Below, piece by piece: positions 18,088 through 24,023 of a stretch of DNA of 32,000 nt. Location: positions 60,001 to 92,000 of the forward strand of contig JAQVDW010000005.1 in the NCBI GenBank assembly GCA_028698185.1, given 5' to 3'. Each line of letters begins with the position of its first letter. The stretch's first letter is position 1. The notes below the pieces were generated by a model. It ran no database searches, was not told where the DNA came from, and saw nothing but the letters and a program-made list of their open reading frames with translations. Made by a program: the position numbers and the translations under genes. This DNA comes from Erysipelotrichaceae bacterium. Its GTDB lineage: Bacteria; Bacillota_I; Bacilli_A; Erysipelotrichales; Coprobacillaceae.

Positions 18088-18112
18088 GACCGTGCCATAA
18101 GCACGGTCTTTT
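18088..18112 (+). terminator. Intrinsic terminator of the rha operon
   Basis: GACCGTGC-cataa-GCACGGTC followed by TTTT. Confidence 0.75.
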
Positions 18113-18528
18113 CGCCAAATGTAAAATTGCAGTCAATGACCTGAGTGGAAAAGGTAATTAGAAACGAAACAGAAGGAAAGATAAGATTTTTATGGAAAAA
18201 TTTCAAGTTAGATTCAATTCCGTAGAGGGATTTGGAGCAGATAATATCTGTTAAGCTAAGCACAAGGCACTCCGCTATCTAATCAATATCTGTATGCTAA
18301 TATTCTAGGCTGAGAAGATAACCAATGTCAATTACGAATTCCATGCAAAAGAGCGAGCGGAAAAGGATTGTATTATTGGAAGTTATTTTTTCCATAGTAA
18401 TGCAGTATCCAAGTATACACATAAATGTAGTAAAAACCTATATCTTGCATGTAAACATCTCAAGACCTCAGTACAATGCAATTGTGCCTGGTTGATGACA
18501 GTCGTTAAATCGTAATTTCTCCTTACAG

Positions 18529-18579
18529 AAAATAAAAGTAGGCACAAATTTGTAACTATCACTACAAACTTATGCCTAT
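18529..18579 (-). terminator. Intrinsic terminator of the jelly-roll protein gene (also motif copies A/A')
   Basis: The arms 18539-18554 and 18563-18578 pair at 14/16 positions on the plus strand. On the minus-strand RNA the two mismatches become G-U pairs, giving a continuous 16-bp stem followed by a U-rich tract (plus-strand AAAATAAAAG at 18529-18538). Confidence 0.6.
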
Positions 18580-18601
18580 AACATTTGAAATATTCGGAAT
18601 G

Positions 18602-19228
18602 CTATTTTTTTGTGATTTTCAGATCTTTGAAATATGCTTCGGTGCCGATTTCCGACCAAAGTCCGATTCCTCCGGTCGCATCGCTGCCATGGAACATGTC
18701 GTTGACAATCAGGGCCGGCTGGGATGCGTTGTTGACAAAAAGTAGGGCTTTTGAACCTTCGACTTCGATTTTCAAATCAATCCAGGCTTCAAATTCCATG
18801 TCCGCATAGGCTTCATATTTGCCCGCGGCAATCTCGCGCAATCTGTCATATTTGTATTCCGGATATGAATAGTATTGGATTGAATGGTTGCGGCGCAGCT
18901 GGTCATCGCAGCGGGCGTTCAGTGGCCGGACGTAAATCGATTCATAAGCGGTATTGGCAGAGTTGATGCGAAATGCCACTCCTAAAAAGCCACGGGCATG
19001 AGCGGGAGCGTCTTTCAACAGGCGGCTGAACACTTTGACTTCGATGATGCCATCATGGAAATCATCGCTACCATTGAATCGGGCGTAGGTCGGTTCATCG
19101 TCTTTGATGACTTCCGGGCTTTTCAATACTTTCAATACCGGGTCGCCATCGAGCGGTGTTTCTTCGACTGTGGAATTGACAGCGGTGAAATATTCAAGTG
19201 TCATTGGGATAAAATCAGTTTTGTTCAT
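18602..19228 (-). CDS. Hypothetical cytoplasmic protein, concanavalin-A-like/LamG jelly-roll (DUF1080-like) fold suspected
   Basis: The sequence has a beta-rich repeat pattern. The C-terminal signature ...LLFVNNASQPALIVNDMF.GSDATGGIGLWSEIGTEAYFKDLKI resembles the terminal strands of DUF1080/3-keto-disaccharide-hydrolase-type lectin folds. There is no signal peptide. The second ATG (19228) is preferred because GGAG is only ~2 nt from the first ATG (19234). This is a weak family call. Confidence 0.45.
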   Translation of the reverse strand: MNKTDFIPMTLEYFTAVNSTVEETPLDGDPVLKVLKSPEVIKDDEPTYARFNGSDDFHDGIIEVKVFSRLLKDAPAHARGFLGVAFRINSANTAYESIYVRPLNARCDDQLRRNHSIQYYSYPEYKYDRLREIAAGKYEAYADMEFEAWIDLKIEVEGSKALLFVNNASQPALIVNDMFHGSDATGGIGLWSEIGTEAYFKDLKITKK

Positions 19229-19295
19229 TTGCATTCTCCTTTGTTTTTCATGATCACACTATAGATTATAGCATCATAAAAAAGGATGTAAATAA

Positions 19296-19387
19296 GGCAC
19301 AATTTTGTAACTGTGGAATTTTTTGAAATAAGTCGTTTCAAATCGAGATTCAAATTAAGTTCTCTTGGTTACATATTTGTGCCTACT
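19296..19387. repeat. Inverted pair of the GGCACAAWTTTGTAAC motif (copies B and C) in the divergent promoter region
   Basis: GGCACAATTTTGTAAC lies at 19296-19311, and GTTACATATTTGTGCCTACT at 19368-19387 is its reverse complement (14/16 complementary), with 56 nt between them. The same motif occurs at 18537-18556 (AGTAGGCACAAATTTGTAAC) and inverted at 18563-18579. Confidence 0.6.
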
Positions 19388-19459
19388 TAACATTGATAAC
19401 TTCCCGGTGTATACTTTTAGCGGATTGGAAAATCCAAATCAAGAAAAAGGAGAAATATC

Positions 19460-19678
19460 ATGACAACATTCCAAAAAAAATTAAGTGCCCAAGCTTTCTT
19501 TAGAGCGGCGGCAACTGAGGCTTCATCATCTTGTGGCAGCGCCTGTGGTGCTGGCGATAAGGAAGTCAAAGAAGAAACTCCAAGTGCTTGTGGCAGTGCC
19601 TGTGGTGCTGGCGACAAGGAAGTCAAAGAAGAAACTCCAAGCGCTTGTGGCAGCGCTTGTGGTGCCGGGGACAAATAA
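19460..19678 (+). CDS. Cys-rich repeat peptide, candidate RiPP precursor (ACGX-repeat-like; three CGSACGAGD modules)
   Basis: AAGGAG lies 8 nt upstream of the ATG. The 72-aa product is a leader-like MTTFQKKLSAQAFFRAAATEASSS followed by (CGSACGAGDKEVKEETPSA)x2 and CGSACGAGDK. All 7 variable codons among the DNA repeat copies are synonymous in this frame. The gene lies directly upstream of a radical SAM/SPASM gene. Confidence 0.8.
   Translation: MTTFQKKLSAQAFFRAAATEASSSCGSACGAGDKEVKEETPSACGSACGAGDKEVKEETPSACGSACGAGDK
19532..19675 (+). repeat. 57-bp tandem repeat, 2.5 copies, coding for the peptide modules
   Basis: The copies are 19532-19588, 19589-19645 and a partial copy at 19646-19675. Copies 1 and 2 differ at 3 of 57 nt. 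Confidence 0.95.
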
Positions 19679-19703
19679 TTCTTAGAGTTTTTTCATCCGT
19701 TCT

Positions 19704-19730
19704 AGCTGACAGTCTTGTCAGCTTCTTTTA
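19704..19730 (+). terminator. Hairpin/attenuator between the precursor gene and the maturase gene
   Basis: AGCTGACA-gtct-TGTCAGCT (8-bp stem) is followed by TCTTTTA. It is 26 nt after the peptide stop and 56 nt before the rSAM ATG. Confidence 0.55.
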
Positions 19731-19785
19731 GAAATCACGCAAGAGCGTTGAGATAGATCATCAATAACGAAAGAGGATAATAATC

Positions 19786-20811
19786 ATGGAATATTTCGCA
19801 TTTCAATTTCATATAACCGACCAGTGTGACCAGCGGTGCGAGCACTGCTACATCTTTGCCGAGGACAACAACATCTGCTTGAAAGAGATGGAATTGGAGG
19901 ATGTTGAAAAAGTCATCACCAATTGTGTCGACATGTGTACGAGAATGGAACGACTGCCTTATTTTTACATTACCGGAGGCGATCCGATCCTCCATCAGAA
20001 TTTCTGGGATATCGCAAAACTGCTCAAAGAGCGCAACATCCCTTTTGGCATCCTGGGCAATCCGTTCCATCTCAACGATGAAACATGTGCCCGGTTGGCC
20101 CAACATGGCTGCAAGAAATACCAGCTTTCGATCGATGGGATGGAAAAAACCCATGACTTCATCCGCAAGCCTGGTTCGTTTGCGACCACCCTTGCCAAGA
20201 TTCCGGTTCTCAAAAAAGCCGGTATCGATGTGGCCATCATGACGACAGTTTCTGGAACAAATATAGATGAGATGGAAGACATTGTCGACCTGGTTGTCGA
20301 ACACGAAGCGGACATTTTCGCTTTTGCCCGCTACTGCCCGACCAGCTTTGAAAAGGAAACCCACATTGAACCATTGGAATATCGGAATTTGCTTGACCGG
20401 TTGTGGCAAAAGTTCGAAACGTACCAGGATGGGCCCACTACCTTCAACCTCAAGGACCATCTATGGAATCTCTACCTTTATGAAAAGGGCCTGTATCAGA
20501 TTCACGAAGGATTGGAACAAGACAAAATCCATGACGGATGCAACTGCGCCAACTGTCATATGACGATTTTGCCTGACGGTGCTGTCTATGCCTGCCGCCG
20601 GATGGAAAGCAATATCGGCAATGTATTGAGCCAGAGCATCTATGATCTTTATCATGGCAAGGAAATGGAAGCATACCGCCAATATGACAAGTTTGAAAAA
20701 TGCGCCAAATGCGAGCTGCTCAACTTCTGCCGCGGGTGTCCGGCGGTGGCCTATGGCTATACCCACGACATGTACGCGCCCGACCCGCAGTGCTGGAAAG
20801 AAATCGATTAG
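19786..20811 (+). CDS. Radical SAM/SPASM-domain peptide-modifying enzyme (no N-terminal RRE domain)
   Basis: The CX3CX2C motif is at residues 14-21 (CDQRCEHC), followed by a GGDP (GGEP-like) motif. The C-terminal SPASM signature is CHMTILPDGAVYAC ... CAKCELLNFCRGC ... C. The protein is 341 aa, and AGAGGA lies 8 nt upstream. Confidence 0.9.
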   Translation: MEYFAFQFHITDQCDQRCEHCYIFAEDNNICLKEMELEDVEKVITNCVDMCTRMERLPYFYITGGDPILHQNFWDIAKLLKERNIPFGILGNPFHLNDETCARLAQHGCKKYQLSIDGMEKTHDFIRKPGSFATTLAKIPVLKKAGIDVAIMTTVSGTNIDEMEDIVDLVVEHEADIFAFARYCPTSFEKETHIEPLEYRNLLDRLWQKFETYQDGPTTFNLKDHLWNLYLYEKGLYQIHEGLEQDKIHDGCNCANCHMTILPDGAVYACRRMESNIGNVLSQSIYDLYHGKEMEAYRQYDKFEKCAKCELLNFCRGCPAVAYGYTHDMYAPDPQCWKEID

Positions 20812-20824
20812 TGAGGAGGATATC

Positions 20825-21418
20825 ATGGAACAAACCAATGAAGTAATTGAATGTTTGCAAAAGCGCCGGACCTACCGCCAGTTCCAGGACCGGTCAATTG
20901 AAAGGGAGAAACTCGACCTGATTGTCAATGCCGGTCTGGTCGCCCCCAATGCCGGAGGCCGCCAGGGCCCGGTATTCATCGTTTGCCAGGATAAGACAGT
21001 CAATACATTGTTGGGAGAAGCCAGACGGCAGGCCAGTTCCATTCCAACCGGACGTCACGTTTCTAAGGAACAGCCCAGTGTGATCGACAATCCAAACATC
21101 AAAAACAGTTTCTATGGGGCTCCGGTGGTTGTCACCATCGCCGCACCGAAAAATTTCATTTTCAGTCAAAGTGATGCGGCTATGGCAGCCCAAAATATGA
21201 TTATCGCGGCCACCTCCCTGGAAATTGCATCTTGTTTTATCGGTAGGGCGGAAACGACTTTCAATACCGGAATCGGCGTAGTTATCTGGAATGATTGGAA
21301 TATCGCAGAAAATCTCAAACCGTTCTGTCATATCCTGCTTGGCTACCCGGCGGGAATTCCGCCCAAACCTAAACAAATCAAGGAAAACCGGGTTTTCTTC
21401 GTCAACCAGGACCAATAA
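20825..21418 (+). CDS. Nitroreductase-family FMN oxidoreductase
   Basis: It has LQKRRTYRQFQDRSIEREKLDLIVNAGLVAPNAGGRQ, a typical nitroreductase N-terminus, and is 197 aa. I place the start at ATG 20825 after GAGGAGGA. The ORF-track start at 20642 overlaps the rSAM gene. Confidence 0.85.
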   Translation: MEQTNEVIECLQKRRTYRQFQDRSIEREKLDLIVNAGLVAPNAGGRQGPVFIVCQDKTVNTLLGEARRQASSIPTGRHVSKEQPSVIDNPNIKNSFYGAPVVVTIAAPKNFIFSQSDAAMAAQNMIIAATSLEIASCFIGRAETTFNTGIGVVIWNDWNIAENLKPFCHILLGYPAGIPPKPKQIKENRVFFVNQDQ

Positions 21419-22367
21419 TGCATGATATCTGGAATCCCTGGCATGGCTGTGTGAAAATCAGCGAAGGCTGTGCCAACTGCTACATGTATTTTCTCGACAA
21501 GAAAAACGGAAAAGATGGGGCAGTGATCTATCGTTCCAAAAACAACTTTGATTACCCTTTGAAAAGGACCGCCAGGGCGAATACAAAATCAAAAGTGGCG
21601 AAATAATCCGGGTCGCGATGACTTCGGACTTCTTCCTCGAACAAGCCGACCAGTGGCGTGATGAGGCCTGGAAAATCATGGAAGCCCGTAGCGATGTCAT
21701 CTTTTTCCTGTTGACCAAACGGGCCCAACGGATCAATGAGTGCCTGCCCGAAAGTTTCCAAAACGGCCGATGGGATATGGCGAATATCTTCATCAATGTC
21801 TCGTGCGAGAATCAGCGCCTGGCCGATTTGCGGATCCCCTATCTTTTGAAAGTCCCGATAAAGCACAAGGGGATCATGGCGGCGCCTTTTATCGGGCCAA
21901 TCAACATCGAAAAGTATCTGGCAACCGGAATGATTGAACAGGTGATTTGCGGTGGGGAGAATTATGGCGGGGCGAGGATGTGCGACTTTGACTGGGTCAG
22001 GGATCTGGGGGGCCAATGCCGGGACCATCAAGTCAAGTTCGCTTTCATCGAAACCGGGTCTATTTTTTGCAAGGATGGCCAGCGTTACAAGATTGCCCCA
22101 AAAGCCATGCAAAGCCGTCTGGCCTACAAATCGAAAGCCAGTCTTGAAGGCAAGAAGATAACTTTCGATCTGCATGATGTCAATAAAAATCCGATTCCCA
22201 AAGACAAGTTGCATGTGCCCCATTACCGGGAAACTTGCCGCTATTGTGGCAGCAGATCCATCTGCAATGGTTGCAGTGACTGTGGCCGATGTAATGGCGA
22301 AATAATCACTCAGGAACAAATGAAAATCCATGACCAGGAATATTTCAAAAAAGGAGCTAAAAAATGA
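21418..22367 (+). pseudogene. DUF5131 (phage Gp37/Gp68-like three-Cys) protein with a Cys-rich C-terminal tail, interrupted by a single frameshift
   Basis: Fragment 21418-21606 carries the family hallmark WNPWHGCVKISEGCANCY. Fragment 21618-22367 carries SDFFLE, FFLLTKR, GGENYGGARMCDFDWVRDLGGQC and a tail CRYCGSRSICNGCSDCGRC. The second frame is open back to 21552. Inserting one A into the A4 run at 21562-21565 joins them as ...DYPLKKDRQGEYKIKSGEIIRVAMTSDFF... The start overlaps the nitroreductase stop (TAATG). Confidence 0.75.
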
Positions 22368-23335
22368 AAGCAGTATTGTTGGAGAAACCGATCAAAGCCA
22401 ATGAAATGAAAATTGTCGAAGTGCCAAAGCTTAAAATCAGACCAGGATGGGTTTTGATCAAAGTCAAAGGTTTCGGGTTGAACCGGGCCGAATTGATTTT
22501 GCGCAATCATGAAATCGCAGCGGATTACATCCAGAAGCCGGTTGTTCCGGGTATCGAGTGTGTCGGGGAAATTCATGATGGAGGCGACAGCCGTTTCAAC
22601 AAGGGCGATAAAGTAGTCGCCTTGATGGGCGGAATGGGCCGGAGTTTTAACGGCAGCTACAGTGAGTATGCCTTGTTGCCGGCCCACCATGTGTTCAAGG
22701 TGGAAACCGCAATGGATTGGGTCGAATTGGCTGCGATTCCCGAAACGTTTTACACGGCCTACGGTTCGCTGTTCGAATCGCTCCAGCTCAAAGGAGATGA
22801 TATCCTGCTTGTCCATGGGGCGACCTCGGCGCTTGGTTTGGCAGCCATCCAGCTGGCCAAAACAGTGGGAGCTACGGTTATTGGCACCTCACGCAAGGAA
22901 GAACGCCTGGACTTGTTGCGGGAGGTTGGTTGTGACCATGCCCTTGTGGATGATGAAAACCTGGTTGCCAAGATCAAGGATATATATTCAAAGGGCATCA
23001 CGAAAATTTTGGAATTGGTCGGAGCCCATACGATCGCCAAAACAGCCCAACTGCTTAGAATTGGGGGAATTGTCTGTGTCACTGGCAAACTGGGCGGGGG
23101 CCAGACTAACGGCTTGGATCTGATCCGCCTGCTGCCAAATGGCACCTATCTTTGTGGTTTCTACAGCAATTATCCGACCCAGGCGGTGATTGATGATATC
23201 TTCAGGATCATCGAACAACACAACATCAAGCCGGTAATTGGCCGGGTCTTCGACTTTGAGCAGATCGGTGAAGCCCATGAGGTGATGGAAAACAACCAGG
23301 CCCAAGGGAAAATTGTCATCAGAATGAGTGAGTGA
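22364..23335 (+). CDS. Medium-chain (zinc-type) dehydrogenase/reductase, quinone-oxidoreductase-like
   Basis: It has a GroES-like N-terminus (MKAVLLEKP...PGWVLIKVKGFGLNRAEL...PGIECVGE) and a Rossmann motif (VHGATSALGLAAIQLAK). It is 323 aa. The start overlaps the DUF5131 stop (ATGA). Confidence 0.85.
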   Translation: MKAVLLEKPIKANEMKIVEVPKLKIRPGWVLIKVKGFGLNRAELILRNHEIAADYIQKPVVPGIECVGEIHDGGDSRFNKGDKVVALMGGMGRSFNGSYSEYALLPAHHVFKVETAMDWVELAAIPETFYTAYGSLFESLQLKGDDILLVHGATSALGLAAIQLAKTVGATVIGTSRKEERLDLLREVGCDHALVDDENLVAKIKDIYSKGITKILELVGAHTIAKTAQLLRIGGIVCVTGKLGGGQTNGLDLIRLLPNGTYLCGFYSNYPTQAVIDDIFRIIEQHNIKPVIGRVFDFEQIGEAHEVMENNQAQGKIVIRMSE

Positions 23336-23353
23336 GACACGCAATTAAACCAA

Positions 23354-23415
23354 AAAAACCTCGCATCGACTGATCCCTGAACTGCTCAGGAGATCACAAT
23401 CTTGGCGAGGTTTTT
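23354..23415. terminator. Two-tier bidirectional terminator between the MDR gene and the HxlR gene
   Basis: The outer 11-bp stem is AAAAACCTCGC...GCGAGGTTTTT. It encloses an inner 10-bp hairpin at 23371-23396. An A-run lies on one side and a T-run on the other. Confidence 0.55.
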
Positions 23416-23446
23416 AAGTTGGCAGATTCCATAGATGAGTCTGTGG

Positions 23447-23773
23447 CTATCCGACGAAGTCCTTGTACTGGTTGCCCCATTCTTCCATCGATTTGAACAA
23501 GGGTCTAAGACTGTTGCCCATGTCGGTGAGCGAATACTCCACTTTCGGGGGCACGACCGGGTAGGCCTTGCGGTCGACAATGCCATCGGCTTCCAATTGG
23601 CGCAGGTTGTCGGTGAGCACCTTCTGGGAAATTCCTGGCAGGCTGTTTTTCAGCTCGCCAAAACGGCAGGTCGAAACCAGAAGATTCCGGATGATCAATA
23701 ATTTCCATTTGTTGCCGATGATCTCAACCATGGTGGCCACCGGGCAAGCAGGCAGTTCGTCTTTGGTAAGCAT
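23447..23773 (-). CDS. HxlR (DUF24/MarR-like) family transcriptional regulator
   Basis: The signature is CPVATMVEIIGNKWKLLIIRNLL...RFGELKNSLPGISQKVLTDNLRQLEADGIV. It is 108 aa with an N-terminal Cys10, and GGAG lies upstream. Confidence 0.9.
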   Translation of the reverse strand: MLTKDELPACPVATMVEIIGNKWKLLIIRNLLVSTCRFGELKNSLPGISQKVLTDNLRQLEADGIVDRKAYPVVPPKVEYSLTDMGNSLRPLFKSMEEWGNQYKDFVG

Positions 23774-23894
23774 AATTTTCTCCTTAGTATCTGATATGGT
23801 GTAAGTATAAAATATAATGTATGGATTGTCAATATGGTCCCGCTGATTAACCTATCTCGTTGGCCATAGTCACTTTCAGGTAACTAGATAATAA

Positions 23895-23910
23895 AAAAGT
23901 GCGTACTTTT
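23895..23910. promoter_or_regulatory. Near-perfect 16-bp palindrome in the HxlR/sirtuin divergent intergenic region (candidate operator)
   Basis: AAAAGTGCGTACTTTT has 7 of 8 positions self-complementary. It is followed by a candidate extended -10, TGgTAAGAT, at ~23924-23932 on the plus strand. Confidence 0.3.
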
Positions 23911-24023
23911 GCGAATGAATTATTTTTGGTAAGATGAATTTGGCTCAAGGAGGGCCGATGAAAATCTAATATTATAATCAGATTCAAGATGGGGATCAAT
24001 CGGTTATGGAAGGAGTTGTAATC

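Noticed and set aside
18045-18263. A 72-aa minus-strand ORF in the AT-rich gap.
   Set aside because: It runs through the rha operon terminator hairpin. It has no RBS and shows low-complexity AT-driven composition (F/I/K/N/S-rich) with no motif.
18537-19387. The inverted motif copies as ends of an insertion sequence or transposon.
   Set aside because: There is no transposase, integrase or recombinase ORF between or near them, and I could identify no flanking direct duplication. It is kept as a finding (operator or MITE-like remnant), not annotated as a mobile element.
19417-19674. An antisense 85-aa ORF with its own repeat (SPAPQALPQALGVSSLTSL x2), and a +2-frame 66-aa ORF (19485-19685), both overlapping the repeat peptide gene.
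   Set aside because: Any tandem DNA repeat yields repetitive ORFs in several frames. Only the 19460 frame has a good SD, and only in that frame are all 7 inter-copy differences synonymous. In the other frames the same differences would change amino acids.
19532-19675. The 57-bp direct repeats as a possible CRISPR array or minisatellite.
   Set aside because: There are no unique spacers between the repeats, only 2.5 contiguous copies, no cas genes, and the repeat is in-frame coding sequence under purifying selection.
19735-22816. Very long antisense ORFs across the rSAM operon (19735-20460 241 aa, 20894-21415 173 aa, 21552-22331 259 aa, 22310-22816 168 aa). Similar ones occur at 27780-28340, 4962-5504, 6795-7298 and 8430-8894.
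   Set aside because: Each lies opposite a sense ORF with unmistakable family motifs. The antisense products have no recognisable motifs or RBS, and their composition (Arg/Gly/Pro/His-rich) is typical of shadow ORFs.
23958-23969. A three-codon mini-ORF, ATG AAA ATC TAA, preceded by AAGGAGGG upstream of the sirtuin gene; considered as a possible leader-peptide attenuator.
   Set aside because: The SD-to-ATG spacing is only ~4 nt and there are no alternative hairpins around it that I can find. A chance occurrence is likely. It is worth a look only if ribosome profiling exists.
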